Source of the DNA: an uncultured Aliarcobacter sp.
GTDB taxonomy: Bacteria; Campylobacterota; Campylobacteria; Campylobacterales; Arcobacteraceae
Length of the DNA stretch: 64,000 nt
Assembly (NCBI GenBank): GCA_963664305.2
Contig: CAXXLV010000002.1
Location: 512,001 to 576,000 of the forward strand
Reading direction: 5' to 3'
The position numbers and the translations under genes were made by a program. Below are positions 48,733 to 60,527 of the stretch, one piece after another. The notes under the pieces are model-generated. The model had not been told where the DNA came from, did no database searches, and saw nothing but the letters and a program-made list of their open reading frames with translations. Each line of letters starts with the position of its first letter. Position 1 is the first letter of the stretch.

Positions 48733-49308
48733 ATGAATATTGAAAAGTCAAATATCGCTAAATTACCAACAAAACATGGAAATTTTAAAATAAAAGCATA
48801 TAAAGATGATATTCAAGAACATTTAGCGATTATGAGTGAAGATTTTGAAAAAATTGAAATTCCATATGTGAGAATTCACTCAGAATGTTTAACGGGAGAT
48901 GCTCTTGGAAGCCTAAAATGCGACTGTCAAGCACAGTTGAATTTAGCATTAGATTTTATAGCTAAAAATGGTGGTTTAGTGATTTATCACAAACAAGAAG
49001 GTCGAAATATTGGTCTATTTAACAAAGTAAATGCTTATTCTCTGCAAGACCAAGGAAGAAATACAATAGAAGCTAATTTGGAATTAGGTTTTAAAGAAGA
49101 TGAAAGAGATTATTCTATTATTGGATATATTTTAGAAGATTTAGGTGTTAAAAAATTAAAATTGATTACAAATAATCCTAAAAAAATAAATTATATTGAA
49201 AGCTTAGGAATAGAAATAGTTGAAAGAATTCCTGCAATAATCGAAGCAAATAAATACAATGAAGAGTATTTAGCTACAAAAAAAGAGAAAATGGGGCATT
49301 TACTTTAA
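48733..49308 (+). CDS. ribA: GTP cyclohydrolase II
   Basis: RIHSECLTGD..GS.KCDC, QEGR.IGL..K, TNNP.K. Confidence 0.97.
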   Translation: MNIEKSNIAKLPTKHGNFKIKAYKDDIQEHLAIMSEDFEKIEIPYVRIHSECLTGDALGSLKCDCQAQLNLALDFIAKNGGLVIYHKQEGRNIGLFNKVNAYSLQDQGRNTIEANLELGFKEDERDYSIIGYILEDLGVKKLKLITNNPKKINYIESLGIEIVERIPAIIEANKYNEEYLATKKEKMGHLL

Positions 49309-49886
49309 TGTTAAAAGAATTACTTGAATCAAATAATTTAAAATTTGATGATAAATTTTATAGTGATTGTGAAGTTTTTACAAAACTTTTACAGCAATGG
49401 GGAAGTGTTCATAATCTAAGTGGTAGATTAACAAAAGAGGATATAAATGAAAATATTTTAGATTCTTTATATCCTTTAACTTTTATAGATAAATATGAAA
49501 GTTTTGCAGATATTGGAACAGGTGCAGGTTATCCTGGACTTATACTTGCAATTGCTTTAAGAGATGTAAAATCTTATTTAATCGAGCCAAGAATAAAAAG
49601 AGTTTCTTTTTTAAATTTTGTAAAAGCTAGTTTAAAACTTGATAATTTAACTGTATTATGTAATAGAGTAGAAGAGGTTAAAGATTTAAAAGTTGATTTA
49701 ATAACTTCACGAGCAGTAACAAATACTTCTTTACTTTTGGATATTACGAAAAATATTAAAAAAGAGAATAGTTCATACCTTTTTTATAAAGGTAGTATGC
49801 TAGAAGTTGAGATTGAAATAGCTAAAGTAAATAATTATAAAATAGTAAATAGAAAAGATAGAAACTATTTATATATAAAAGGTTAA
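49308..49886 (+). CDS. rsmG: 16S rRNA m7G527 methyltransferase
   Basis: HNLSG, ILDS, DIGTGAGYPG, ITSRAV, YKG. Confidence 0.94.
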   Translation: MLKELLESNNLKFDDKFYSDCEVFTKLLQQWGSVHNLSGRLTKEDINENILDSLYPLTFIDKYESFADIGTGAGYPGLILAIALRDVKSYLIEPRIKRVSFLNFVKASLKLDNLTVLCNRVEEVKDLKVDLITSRAVTNTSLLLDITKNIKKENSSYLFYKGSMLEVEIEIAKVNNYKIVNRKDRNYLYIKG

Positions 49887-49888
49887 TA

Positions 49889-50104
49889 ATGGTTTTAAAA
49901 GTTATATTAGTAATTGCAGTAGCCTTTTTAGTTTATGTTTTTTTATTTAAAAAAACTAGAGAAAATGAAATAAATAAAAAAGACGAAATGATTACAGATG
50001 ATATGGTAGAGTGCCCAACTTGTAAAACATATGTTTCTAAAAAAGAAGCAATTGTAAGTAATGGTAAATTTTATTGCTCAAATGAGTGTTTATTAAATAA
50101 ATAG
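49889..50104 (+). CDS. PP0621-like small membrane-anchored Zn-finger protein
   Basis: N-terminal TM, MVECPTC..YV....A......YCS.EC. Confidence 0.8.
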   Translation: MVLKVILVIAVAFLVYVFLFKKTRENEINKKDEMITDDMVECPTCKTYVSKKEAIVSNGKFYCSNECLLNK

Positions 50105-50113
50105 GTTACTAAA

Positions 50114-50485
50114 ATGATTATAATTGGAGATAATTTAATTCCATTTGAAGAGTTGAATTTAATAAATTCTATAGAAGATATAAAAAATACAAAAGCAAAT
50201 TCAGCTTTGTTATTTTTTTATAATGAAGAGTTATTAAAATATTGTTTTAAAAATGAATTATCAAGTGCAATTGTTGTAAAAAGTATAAAAGAGGCTATTT
50301 ATTGTAATAGTTTAAATGTAAAATATATTATTTGCGATAAAAAACTAGCTAAAAAACTACAAAAAATTGCAGATAACTATATGTATGATTCTAAGATTTT
50401 AGCAATTATTAAATCAAATGATGAGTTAGAGAATATTGCAAAAAATGAAATTGATGGAGTTATATATAAAGATTTGATTTCTTAA
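50114..50485 (+). CDS. Hypothetical protein
   Basis: 123-aa ORF in operon; C-terminal EIDGVI. Confidence 0.75.
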   Translation: MIIIGDNLIPFEELNLINSIEDIKNTKANSALLFFYNEELLKYCFKNELSSAIVVKSIKEAIYCNSLNVKYIICDKKLAKKLQKIADNYMYDSKILAIIKSNDELENIAKNEIDGVIYKDLIS

Positions 50486-50487
50486 TC

Positions 50488-50829
50488 ATGAAAATATTTA
50501 TATTAATATTTACTTTATATTTTTATTCATTTGCATGTAGTGGAGATTGTATGTCTTGTCATGCAACTTTAAAAAACTCAATCAATGAAGAACACCATAA
50601 AGTTTTAACCTCTTGTATAGCTTGTCATACAAAAACGCCAACTACAATGGTTGAATGTGGTGGAGATTGTTTTGCATGTCATTCTCAAAATAAATTAATA
50701 CAATCAAATAGAATGGAACATCAAAACTTGGCATCGTGTAAAAAATGTCATATAAATAAAGAGGATATTTTTAAAACACCAGGTATGAATGAAGGCTCAA
50801 CACTAGTTGATTTACTAAATAATAAGTAA
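50488..50829 (+). CDS. Small periplasmic tetraheme c-type cytochrome
   Basis: Signal peptide; CMSCH, CIACH, CFACH, CKKCH. Confidence 0.85.
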   Translation: MKIFILIFTLYFYSFACSGDCMSCHATLKNSINEEHHKVLTSCIACHTKTPTTMVECGGDCFACHSQNKLIQSNRMEHQNLASCKKCHINKEDIFKTPGMNEGSTLVDLLNNK

Positions 50830-50878
50830 TAATTAGTTAGAATATTGGCCTTTTATATAGATATAAATTAGGAAAAAT

Positions 50879-51037
50879 GTGAAAGATATATTAGACACAA
50901 TAATACTTATTATGTTTGTTATTATGGTTGCTTTGTTTATCATAAATTTTAATAGACAACAAATCAAAAAACATACAGATAAACTTGACGAAAATGAAAG
51001 AATTAATAACTCTAAGAAGGAAAACGTAGATGAATAA
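50879..51037 (+). CDS. Small single-TM protein (52 aa), not in ORF track
   Basis: GTG start with AGGA RBS: MKDILDTIILIMFVIMVALFIINFNRQQIKKH...NVDE; stop overlaps glyS start. Confidence 0.6.
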   Translation: MKDILDTIILIMFVIMVALFIINFNRQQIKKHTDKLDENERINNSKKENVDE

Positions 51038-53045
51038 ACCATTATTAATTGAGATTGGTGTTGAAGAATTACCAGCAATTCCATTTTTAAATGAATTACC
51101 AAATATTGAAAAAAAATGGAGTGATATATTAGAAAAAAATAGATTATTATGTGATTTTGACTTTTTTTATACACCAAGAAGATTAGTATTATGGCATAGA
51201 GAATTTCAAGTTAAACAAGAAGATTCAACTGTTGAACAATATGGAGCTCCTATTAAAATAGCTTATAAAGATGGTGTTCCAACAGGAGCTGCTATTAGTT
51301 TTGCTACTAAATGTGGAGTAGATGTTAGTGCTTTAGATAAAATTGATTTAGGTAAAGGAGAAGTTCTTTATTTTAAACAAGAAGTAGTTGGTAGTGAATC
51401 AAAAACTTTACTAAATGATATGGTAAATGAATTTGTTGCTTCTTTAAACTTTGGAAAATCTATGAGATGGGCAAGTAGAACAGACAGTTTTATTAGACCA
51501 ATTAGAAGTTTATCTATTCTTTTAGGTGAAGAAATAGTTGACGCTGAACTTTTTGGAGTTAAGTCTTCTAATTTCTCATTTGCACATAGAATGGTTTCTT
51601 ATGAACCATTTACTTACTCTTTTGCAGGAGATTATTTCTGTAAACTTGATAAAAATGGAGTTATTTTATATCCAGATGAAAGAAGAAAAATCATCTTAGA
51701 ACAGATGAAAAATATTGAACAAAGACACAATGTAAAAATTGAAATTGATACAGAATTACTTGAAGAAGTTGTTGCTATTACAGAATATCCAACAGCTTTA
51801 ATTGGTAAATTTGATATTGAATTTTTAGAATTACCAGAAGAAGTAATTGTAACATCTATGAAAGAGAATCAAAGATATTTTGCAGTTTATAAAGATGGAA
51901 AATTATCAAATAATTTCATTGTTGTATCAAATGCAAAAACTGATGATTTTGGTTATATCATTGCTGGAAATGAAAAAGTTTTAAGACCAAGATTAGCTGA
52001 TGCAATGTTCTTTTATAAAAATGATATTAGAAATGGTTTATCAAATGAAGGTCTTAAAAAACTTGTGTTTGTTGAAGGTCTTGGTTCTATGTATGACAAA
52101 TGTGAAAGAGAAGCAAAAATTGCATCACATTTAGTAGAACTTTTAGATGTAAAAGAAAAAGAGTTAGTTCAAAGAGCTGTTATGCTTTCAAAAGCTGACT
52201 TAATGTCTGAGATGGTTTATGAATTTACAGAACTTCAAGGACTAATGGGTTACTACTATGCAAAAATTGCAAAAGAAGATGACTTAGTTTCACTTGCACT
52301 AAAAGAACAATATTTACCAACTGGTGAAGATTCAGAACTTCCTTCAAATGTATTTTCATCAATTGTTGCTTTATCAAATAAATTAGATAATTTAATGGCT
52401 TTATTTAGTGTTGGAAAAATCCCAACAGGTTCTAAAGACCCATTCGGTTTAAGAAGGGCAGCAGCTGGAATTGTAAAAATTGCAATTGAGCATAAACTTC
52501 CTATTGATTTATCAAAAATCATTGATGAATTATCAACAAGTTATAAAAATTTAGATAAAAAAGTTTTAATAGAGTTCTTCAATGAAAGATTATTTAAAAT
52601 ATTTGAAGTTAATCCAACAGTTTTAAAAGCAGTTTTAGCTGGTGGTGAAACTGATATTTATAAAATTTCTCAAAAAATTTGTGCGTTAAATCCAATCGTT
52701 CAAAGTGATAATTTTAAAGAGTATGTTGCTACATTTAAAAGGGTTGCAAATATTATCAAAGATATTGATGTTAATAGTAAACTTGCAATTGATGAAGATT
52801 TATTTGAAAACAATGAAGAAAAAGAGTTATATACTAAATTCCATGAAGCTCAATTTAAAAAATATGCAACTTTTGATGAAGAATTAGAAGCTTTATTTGC
52901 TTTAAAACCACAACTTGATAATTTCTTTGACAATGTTTTTGTAAATCATGAAGATGTAAAAATCAAAACAAATAGAAAAAATCTAATTGGTCTTGTTTAT
53001 CAAGGATTTAGAAAAATCGCTGATATTAAAGAGATTACAATTTAA
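51030..53045 (+). CDS. glyS: Glycine--tRNA ligase beta subunit
   Basis: LLIEIGVEELP, TPRRL, KSMRW, F.RPIR, PRLADA, EFTELQG.MG, GSKDPFGLRR. Confidence 0.97.
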   Translation: MNKPLLIEIGVEELPAIPFLNELPNIEKKWSDILEKNRLLCDFDFFYTPRRLVLWHREFQVKQEDSTVEQYGAPIKIAYKDGVPTGAAISFATKCGVDVSALDKIDLGKGEVLYFKQEVVGSESKTLLNDMVNEFVASLNFGKSMRWASRTDSFIRPIRSLSILLGEEIVDAELFGVKSSNFSFAHRMVSYEPFTYSFAGDYFCKLDKNGVILYPDERRKIILEQMKNIEQRHNVKIEIDTELLEEVVAITEYPTALIGKFDIEFLELPEEVIVTSMKENQRYFAVYKDGKLSNNFIVVSNAKTDDFGYIIAGNEKVLRPRLADAMFFYKNDIRNGLSNEGLKKLVFVEGLGSMYDKCEREAKIASHLVELLDVKEKELVQRAVMLSKADLMSEMVYEFTELQGLMGYYYAKIAKEDDLVSLALKEQYLPTGEDSELPSNVFSSIVALSNKLDNLMALFSVGKIPTGSKDPFGLRRAAAGIVKIAIEHKLPIDLSKIIDELSTSYKNLDKKVLIEFFNERLFKIFEVNPTVLKAVLAGGETDIYKISQKICALNPIVQSDNFKEYVATFKRVANIIKDIDVNSKLAIDEDLFENNEEKELYTKFHEAQFKKYATFDEELEALFALKPQLDNFFDNVFVNHEDVKIKTNRKNLIGLVYQGFRKIADIKEITI

Positions 53046-53074
53046 TTATAAGTACCTATTTTAGGTACTTATAA
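53046..53074. terminator. Bidirectional terminator hairpin
   Basis: TTATAAGTACCTA-TTT-TAGGTACTTATAA between convergent glyS and LLM genes. Confidence 0.75.
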
Positions 53075-54064
53075 ATCCCAAATTTCAGAAATAAGTTTAT
53101 AAGACTTTATTCTATCTTCTGGATTATGAATCCATGAGTTTATCATTATTTCATTTGCGTTTGTTCTATCTATAAGTTTTACAAGTTTTTCTTTTACTAC
53201 TTCTTTTGTTCCCCAAATAGATTCTCTAGTTTTATGTCTTATATTTCGTTCTTCCCAAGGTTCCCATAAATCATCCATAATTTTAGGTTTTGGTAATAAT
53301 TTATTATCACCTCTTTGAATATATAAAAATTTCTGAAGCTCAGTAGTAGAAAGAAATTGAGCCTCTTCATTTGTATCTGCACAAATTACATTTATACAAA
53401 TTATTAAATAGGGTTCTTTTAAATGTATCGAAGGTTTAAAACTTGATTTATAAACTTTTATTGCTTCTTCCATTAAATCAGGTGCAAAATGTGATGCAAA
53501 TGCAAAAGGTAATCCTTTTTCCCCAGCTAATTTTGCACTAAATGTACTAGAACCTAATAACCAAATAGGAATATCTAGTCCATATCCTGGAACAGCTTTA
53601 ATACTATCTTTATTTGTTTTATCTGATAAATAGTATTCTAATTCTTCAAGCATATTTGGAAAATCTGAACCATCATTGTAAATATCTTTTCTTAATGCTA
53701 ACATTGTTTTTCTATCAGTTCCTGGAGCTCTTCCTAAACCTAAATCAATTCTATTAGGATATAAAGATTCAAGTGTTCCAAATTGTTCAGCAACAACTAA
53801 TGGTGCATGATTAGGTAACATAATTCCACCTGAACCAATTCTAATTTTTTCTGTTTTTCCACCAATATGACTAAGTATTACAGAAGTTGCAGCACTTGCA
53901 ATTCCATTAAAATTGTGATGTTCAGCAACCCAATAACGATTGAAACCAAATTTTTCAACAGCTTGCGCTAATTTTGTACTATTTTCAATAGCTTGGCTTA
54001 TAGTAAAACTCTCGCCAATTGGAATTAAATCCAATACAGATAATGGTATTTGTTTTTTTATCAT
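53069..54064 (-). CDS. Luciferase-like (LLM class) flavin-dependent oxidoreductase, YhbW-like
   Basis: LSVLDL, RYWVAEHH, GSGGIMLPNHAPLVVAEQFGTL, DLGLGRAPG, WLLGSS. Confidence 0.93.
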   Translation of the reverse strand: MIKKQIPLSVLDLIPIGESFTISQAIENSTKLAQAVEKFGFNRYWVAEHHNFNGIASAATSVILSHIGGKTEKIRIGSGGIMLPNHAPLVVAEQFGTLESLYPNRIDLGLGRAPGTDRKTMLALRKDIYNDGSDFPNMLEELEYYLSDKTNKDSIKAVPGYGLDIPIWLLGSSTFSAKLAGEKGLPFAFASHFAPDLMEEAIKVYKSSFKPSIHLKEPYLIICINVICADTNEEAQFLSTTELQKFLYIQRGDNKLLPKPKIMDDLWEPWEERNIRHKTRESIWGTKEVVKEKLVKLIDRTNANEIMINSWIHNPEDRIKSYKLISEIWDL

Positions 54065-54289
54065 AATTACCTCATTTCAAATGCTTATATTGAAGATTTT
54101 AACCTATACATTCTTAAAATAATATTACTTTACTTTAGGTAAGTAATATGTGTTAATCAATAAGAAAATATTCTTTTGATTAAAAATAATAATCAAATTT
54201 ATTTAAAAGATAAAATACAGTCAAATAATAATATGATACGATTATAGTACTATTTTAGAATATAATAATAAAAATTTAAATGGATTGTA

Positions 54290-55453
54290 ATGAAAAAAAA
54301 TCTAGGAATTATTTTACTTTTATTTGTCTTATCTTATTTTTTGATACTAATTTTAAAAAATGAAGTTCTTGAAGATAAGATTTTATTAGGACAAAGCGCT
54401 TCTTTAACTGGTTCTGCACAAAATTTAGGAATAGAGTATACAAAAGGGGCAAATGCATACTTTAATTATATAAATGATTTAGGTGGAGTATTTAATAGAA
54501 AGATTGAATTAATCACATTAGATGATGCTTATGAACCTGATTATGCAAAACAAAACACTTTAGAATTAATAAAAGAAAAAAAAGTTTTTGCAATGTTTGG
54601 AGAAATAGGAACTCCTACTTCAGAAGCTGCAATTTCTATAATTAAAAAATATAATATCCCTTTTTTAATGCCATTATCTGGTGGAAGTTTTTTACGAGAA
54701 AATGAAAGTGGTTTAATTATTAATTTGAGAAAAAGTTATAATGATGAAATTAAGGCTTTGATTGATTATTTAGTAACTGAACAAAATATAAAAAGAGTTG
54801 CTGTTTTATATCAAAATGATAATTACGGTAAGTTAGGTTTTGATAGAGTTCAAAATGCATTAAAAAAATATCAATTAGAAGTTATAGAAGAGGGAAGATA
54901 TAGAAGAAATACTTTATCTTTTCATACTGCTCTTGAAAATATAAAAAATGCAAATCCCGAAGCAGTAGTAATAATTGGAACTTATAAACCAGCTGCTTCT
55001 TTTATAAAAGAAGCTAAAAAGTTAGGTTTAAATGATACAAAGTTTTGTAATATCTCTTTTATTGGTGGAGATAGTTTTGTAAAAGAGCTTAAGGGAAATA
55101 CTAAAAATGTAATTATTTCTCAAGTTGTACCTATTCCTTGGGATGAAAATAATATTGCAACAAAAGAATATCGTGAAATTTATCATAAATATTATCCAAA
55201 TGATGATTTTACTTTTGTATCTTTTGAAGGATTTTTATCTGCAAAACTTGTAGTTAAAGCTTTGGAAAAGAGTGGTGGAAATTTAAATAGAAAGAATTTT
55301 TTAGCATCTTTCAAAAAATTAGATAAAAATGTATTAGATGGTTTTGAAATAAATTTTTCAAAAAATGATAATGAAGCGTTAGATGAAATTTATATTTTAG
55401 ATTATGAAGATTCCCAATATAGAGTATTAAAAAAGGTTAAAATAAATGATTGA
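54290..55453 (+). CDS. Periplasmic solute-binding protein (branched-chain amino-acid/LivJ-like fold)
   Basis: N-terminal TM/signal; [18 protein letters not shown]...DDAYEP, GTPT, YQNDNYG. Confidence 0.88.
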   Translation: MKKNLGIILLLFVLSYFLILILKNEVLEDKILLGQSASLTGSAQNLGIEYTKGANAYFNYINDLGGVFNRKIELITLDDAYEPDYAKQNTLELIKEKKVFAMFGEIGTPTSEAAISIIKKYNIPFLMPLSGGSFLRENESGLIINLRKSYNDEIKALIDYLVTEQNIKRVAVLYQNDNYGKLGFDRVQNALKKYQLEVIEEGRYRRNTLSFHTALENIKNANPEAVVIIGTYKPAASFIKEAKKLGLNDTKFCNISFIGGDSFVKELKGNTKNVIISQVVPIPWDENNIATKEYREIYHKYYPNDDFTFVSFEGFLSAKLVVKALEKSGGNLNRKNFLASFKKLDKNVLDGFEINFSKNDNEALDEIYILDYEDSQYRVLKKVKIND

Positions 55454-58400
55454 TGATTTTATAAAATATGTAAATAATTCACAGCTTTCAAAACAGATAA
55501 GAATAATTTTTATTTTAGTTTTCTTATTTGTATTAAGTATAATTGCTATTGGTACTGTTTATACATTGTCAATACAAGAAAGATTTAATAAAGCAGTAGA
55601 ATTTCATGTTATGCCTCTTCAATCATTAAATGAAATACAACAAATTTGTGATGTAAATATCTTAGATACTATTAATGAAATGATTAAAGGTAACTTAGAA
55701 GTTAAAGATGCAAAAGAGATATTATCTTTATCAAAAAAACTTCTATTAGATAATTGGGATATTTATAAACAACATCAAAGAGAAGAAGATAATTATTATA
55801 ATTCAAATAGAAAAATAAATAGTTTTTCTCAAACAGAAAATAATTTGATTAAAATTACAGAACATTTAAATAAACTATTGGTTGCTTTAGAGTCAAATGA
55901 TAAAGAAAAAATCTACGAAATAATTTCTACAAAAATTAGACCAGAATTGACTATTACTTCTTATAATTTAAAAGATTTATTTGATGAAGATATTCATTTT
56001 ATAAATGAAATATTATCTTCTGAAAAAAAGATATTTAAAGATATGGTATGGATTATAGTTCCAATATTGACTATTTTGGTTATTTTATTTATTTTAATGA
56101 TTCGAATTATATTACTAAGAATAAAGCATAATAATCATGAATTAGAAGATTCAAGAAAAGAAACGGTTGAAACAAATTTTTTATTAAAAACAATTATTAA
56201 TTCAGTTCCTTTTAGAATTTTTTGGAAAAATTTAGATGGAGTATATCTTGGTGCTAATAATGCTTTTATAAAAGATGCTTCTTTAAAAAATGAATCAGAA
56301 ATTGTTGGTAAAAATGATTATGATATGGTTTGGGCAAATGAAGCACCTTTTTATCGAGCTGATGATTTGGAAGTAATAAACTCAAAAAAAGAAAAGATAA
56401 ATATTATTGAAGAGCAAACTCAAGCAGATGGAACTAAACTAATACTTGAAACATCAAAAGTTTTATTGCAAGATCAAAAAAATAATGTATTAGGTGTAAT
56501 TGGTATTTATCAAGATATAACAGAAAAAGTAAAACTTTCTAAAGAATTAGAACAACTAAATGATAACTTGGAGAAAAAAGTTGAAGAAAAAACTTGTGAG
56601 TTAAGAATAGAAAAAGAAAAAGCAGAAGAAGCAACAAAAACGAAAAGTTCATTTTTAGCAAATATGTCGCATGAAATAAGAACACCAATGAATGGAATTA
56701 TTGGTATGGCTCATCTTGCATTAAAAACAAATCTAAATGAGAAACAAAGAAATTATATTAATAAAATAAATATCTCAGCAAACAATCTTTTGGGAATTAT
56801 AAATGATATTTTAGATATCAGTAAGATTGAAGCGGGAAAATTAGAACTTGATAAAAACAATTTTGATTTATTTAAAATGATAGAAGTAGTTATAAACCTT
56901 ATTGAATTAAAAGCAGAAGATAAAAATCTAGACATTATAGTAGATTATGAACCAAATGTAGGAAAAATTTTCTTTGGAGATAGTTTAAGAATAAACCAAA
57001 TTCTTACAAATTTAATGTCAAATGCTGTTAAATTTACTAATAAAGGTGAAATAGGATTATCTGTAAAAAAAGTATCTAATAATAGAATTAGATTTGAAGT
57101 ACGAGATACAGGTATTGGATTAACAAAAGAACAAATAGATAAACTTTTTGTTTCATTTACTCAAGCAGATACAAGTACTACTAAAAAATATGGTGGAACA
57201 GGATTAGGTCTTTCTATTTGTAAGCAATTAGTTGAAATGATGAATGGAAAAATTTGGATTGAAAGTGAAGTTGGAGTTGGAAGTAAATTCTTCTTTGAGA
57301 TAGATTTAGAAGAAAAAGATAAACAACAAGTATTTACAATATTTAGTGATAAAAAAGCTCTAATCGTGGATGATTGTCAAAGTTGGCTTGAAATTTTAAG
57401 TCATTTAATGCATTCATTTGGATTAGAAGTTGATGTTGTTGATAGTGGTGAAAAAGCAATTGAATTATTGAAAAAAAATGGAAATTTGTATGATTTAATC
57501 ATAGTAGATTGGAATATGCCAGAATTAGATGGAATAGAAACTTGTAAGATTATTGATAATGAATTACATATAAATTCTGAGAAAATTATTTTAATAAGTG
57601 CATATACAGAAGATAGTTTATCTGAGGGCATAAAAGAGGCAAAAATAAGTCACTATTTACACAAACCAATAAATCCATCATCTTTAAATGATATGTTAAA
57701 TGAAATATTCCTAGGTAAAATAAATACTCAAAAAATTGAATTGAAAAATGAACAAAATAATTTACATAATAAAATAAGAACTTTAAAAGGAAGTAATATT
57801 TTATTAGTTGAAGATAATGAAATTAATCAAGAGATAATTAAAGATTTATTATTAGAAAGTGGAATTAAAATTGATATTGCTAATAATGGCTTAGAAGCTA
57901 TAAAAATGTTTAAATCAGCTTCAAATAAATATGAATTAATTTTAATGGATATTCAAATGCCAGTTTTAGATGGATATGAAGCTACAAAAGAGATAAGAAC
58001 AATAAATAGTAATATTCCTATAATTGCATTAACTGCAAATGCAATGAAAGAAGATATTGAAAAAACAAAATTAGTTGGTATGAATAAACATTTAAATAAG
58101 CCAATTGAAGTTGAAAAACTATTTGAAACACTTTTAGAATTTATATCTAAAAAAGTTGAAATAATTGATAGAAAAAATCTATCTAATCAAGAAGATGAAT
58201 TATCAGAATTTGAGAATATTGATAAAAACTATGCTTTAAAATTGGTTTTAGGTAATGAAAATGCATTTAAAACTATTTTAAATGGTGTAGTTAAATATAA
58301 AAATATAAAATTTGAAGAGTTAAATGAAGAAGATTTTAAAAGAGCAATGCACTCTTTAAAAGGAATAAGTGCAAGTGCTGGTGCATTAAGCTTAAGTGAA

Positions 58401-58724
58401 TTAGCTAAAGAGATTGAGTTGACATTAAACAAAGATTTATTACCTTCTTTTTATAAGAAATTAAATGATGTTATAAAAGAAATTGAAGAGAAATTTGTAG
58501 ATACAAATAAACAAAATAAAATAGATTTGGATGAGACCAAAAAATCAATAATTCTTGATAATTTAAAAGAGGCTCTACAAACTAATAGAATTAAAAATAT
58601 AAAACCAATTATTGAAGAAATTGAACAATATACTTTATCGCAAAGAGATAAAGATTTCTTTGAACAAATCAAAGAGTTAGTAAATAAATTTAAATTTAAA
58701 GAAGCTATGGAGTTAATAGATTGA
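55446..58724 (+). CDS. Membrane hybrid histidine kinase (periplasmic sensor, PAS, HisKA-HATPase, two REC, HPt)
   Basis: Two TM, PAS (FWKN..G.Y.G.N), [27 protein letters not shown] and DIQMP receivers, HSLKG. Confidence 0.93.
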   Translation: MIDDFIKYVNNSQLSKQIRIIFILVFLFVLSIIAIGTVYTLSIQERFNKAVEFHVMPLQSLNEIQQICDVNILDTINEMIKGNLEVKDAKEILSLSKKLLLDNWDIYKQHQREEDNYYNSNRKINSFSQTENNLIKITEHLNKLLVALESNDKEKIYEIISTKIRPELTITSYNLKDLFDEDIHFINEILSSEKKIFKDMVWIIVPILTILVILFILMIRIILLRIKHNNHELEDSRKETVETNFLLKTIINSVPFRIFWKNLDGVYLGANNAFIKDASLKNESEIVGKNDYDMVWANEAPFYRADDLEVINSKKEKINIIEEQTQADGTKLILETSKVLLQDQKNNVLGVIGIYQDITEKVKLSKELEQLNDNLEKKVEEKTCELRIEKEKAEEATKTKSSFLANMSHEIRTPMNGIIGMAHLALKTNLNEKQRNYINKINISANNLLGIINDILDISKIEAGKLELDKNNFDLFKMIEVVINLIELKAEDKNLDIIVDYEPNVGKIFFGDSLRINQILTNLMSNAVKFTNKGEIGLSVKKVSNNRIRFEVRDTGIGLTKEQIDKLFVSFTQADTSTTKKYGGTGLGLSICKQLVEMMNGKIWIESEVGVGSKFFFEIDLEEKDKQQVFTIFSDKKALIVDDCQSWLEILSHLMHSFGLEVDVVDSGEKAIELLKKNGNLYDLIIVDWNMPELDGIETCKIIDNELHINSEKIILISAYTEDSLSEGIKEAKISHYLHKPINPSSLNDMLNEIFLGKINTQKIELKNEQNNLHNKIRTLKGSNILLVEDNEINQEIIKDLLLESGIKIDIANNGLEAIKMFKSASNKYELILMDIQMPVLDGYEATKEIRTINSNIPIIALTANAMKEDIEKTKLVGMNKHLNKPIEVEKLFETLLEFISKKVEIIDRKNLSNQEDELSEFENIDKNYALKLVLGNENAFKTILNGVVKYKNIKFEELNEEDFKRAMHSLKGISASAGALSLSELAKEIELTLNKDLLPSFYKKLNDVIKEIEEKFVDTNKQNKIDLDETKKSIILDNLKEALQTNRIKNIKPIIEEIEQYTLSQRDKDFFEQIKELVNKFKFKEAMELID

Positions 58725-60103
58725 GAGAAGAAAAAACTATATTAATAATAGATGATATTGATACAAATATTCATACATTAATAGAACTTTTTGATGGTAA
58801 ATATGATGTTTTAGCATCGATTGATGGACAAGATGGATTAGATATTTTAAATGAAGAAGAGGTTGATTTAGTACTTTTAGATATAAATATGCCTTTAATA
58901 GATGGTTTTGAAGTTTGTAAAAGAATAAAAAAAAATGAAAATACAAAAAATATACCAGTTATTTTTATTACTGCAAATACAAATGAAGAGTCAATAGAAA
59001 AAGCTTATGAAGTTGGTGGAGTTGATTATATAACGAAACCATTTAAAGCTAGAGAAGTATTATCAAGAATTAATAATCACTTATTATTATCAGAAAAGAA
59101 TAGGGCATTATCACAATATTTAGAAGAAAATATAACTCTTTTAAATCAATATAAACAAGTTGTTGATGAGAGTTTATTAGTTTCAAAAACAGATTTAAAA
59201 GGTAGAATAATTTATGCTAATGATGAATTTGTAAATATCTCAGGATTTACAAGAGATGAATTAATTGGAAAACCGCACAATATAGTTCGAGATAAAGAAT
59301 CACCTAAAGATATTTATAAACAGATGTGGGAAACAATAAAAGATAAAAAAGTTTGGCATGGAGAAGTAAGAAATAGAAAAAAAGATGGTTCTTACTATAT
59401 AGTTCAAGCAACTGTTATGCCTATTTTAAACTCTAAAGGAGAAATTGTAGAATACATAAGTGCTAGAAAAGATATAACTGAATTGTATGATTTAAAAAAA
59501 GAAATTATAGATACTCAAAAAGAAGTTATTTTTACAATGGGTTCTATTTGTGAAACAAGAAGTAGAGAAACAGGAAATCATGTAAAAAGAGTTGCAGAAT
59601 ATTCTAAACTTTTAGCATTATATTCTGGATTAAGTGAAGAAAATATTGACCTAATTACTGATGCCTCTCCAATGCATGATATTGGAAAAGTTGCTATTCC
59701 TGATAACATTTTACATAAACCTGCAAAATTAACAGATGATGAGTTTAAAATAATGAGAACACATGCTGAAATAGGTTATAGGATGCTTTGTCATTCAGAT
59801 AGACCATTATTAAAAACAGCAGCCTTAATTGCTTTTGAACATCATGAAAGATGGGATGGAACAGGATATCCTAGATATTTAAAAGAAGAAGAAATCTCAA
59901 TAGAAGGAAGAATTACTGCAATTGCTGATGTATTTGATGCTTTGGGCAGTGATAGAGTTTATAAACAAGCTTGGAAAGATGAAGATATATTTAATTATTT
60001 AAGAAATGAAAGTGGAAAACAATTTGATCCATCTTTAATAAAGATATTTTTTGAACATATAAATGAATTTTTGGAAATAAGAAGAAAATTTTCTGATATT
60101 TAA
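58721..60103 (+). CDS. Response regulator with PAS and HD-GYP phosphodiesterase domain
   Basis: REC (LLDINMP), [41 protein letters not shown]. Confidence 0.93.
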   Translation: MREEKTILIIDDIDTNIHTLIELFDGKYDVLASIDGQDGLDILNEEEVDLVLLDINMPLIDGFEVCKRIKKNENTKNIPVIFITANTNEESIEKAYEVGGVDYITKPFKAREVLSRINNHLLLSEKNRALSQYLEENITLLNQYKQVVDESLLVSKTDLKGRIIYANDEFVNISGFTRDELIGKPHNIVRDKESPKDIYKQMWETIKDKKVWHGEVRNRKKDGSYYIVQATVMPILNSKGEIVEYISARKDITELYDLKKEIIDTQKEVIFTMGSICETRSRETGNHVKRVAEYSKLLALYSGLSEENIDLITDASPMHDIGKVAIPDNILHKPAKLTDDEFKIMRTHAEIGYRMLCHSDRPLLKTAALIAFEHHERWDGTGYPRYLKEEEISIEGRITAIADVFDALGSDRVYKQAWKDEDIFNYLRNESGKQFDPSLIKIFFEHINEFLEIRRKFSDI

Positions 60104-60107
60104 ATGC

Positions 60108-60136
60108 TATTTTCGGAAATATAAATTCCGAAAATA
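60108..60136. terminator. Terminator hairpin between the HD-GYP gene and the tRNA cluster
   Basis: TATTTTCGGAA-ATATAAA-TTCCGAAAATA. Confidence 0.7.
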
Positions 60137-60224
60137 ACTATATAAATTAATATTCGCGCACATCAATTTATTGATTTAAACTTATAATGATTTCTATTTT
60201 TGGAGAAAAAAAGTTTGAATTTAG

Positions 60225-60301
60225 TGGAGCTGGTGAAGGGAGTCGAACCCCCGACCTGCTGATTACAAATCAGCTGCTCTAGCCAACTGAGCTACACCAG
60301 C
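60225..60301 (-). tRNA. tRNA-Thr(TGT)
   Basis: GCTGGTGTAGCTCAGTTGG...CTGATTTGTAATCAG...GTTCGACTC...CCAGCTCCA. Confidence 0.96.
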
Positions 60302-60324
60302 ACAAAGTGCTATTCACTTTAAAA

Positions 60325-60401
60325 TGGTGTCAAGAGAGAGACTTGAACTCTCGACCTCCGGCTTATGAGACCAGCGCTCTAGCCAGCTGAGCTACCTTGA
60401 C
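60325..60401 (-). tRNA. tRNA-Met(CAT), non-initiator (elongator Met or Ile2 not resolved)
   Basis: GTCAAGGTAGCTCAGCTGG...CTCATAA...GTTCAAGTC...GACACCA; paired 1:72. Confidence 0.92.
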
Positions 60402-60433
60402 ATAAGACATCATTTTAAAGCAAACGATTTTTT

Positions 60434-60510
<77 letters not shown>

Positions 60511-60527
60511 GATTTTGTATCAATTTG

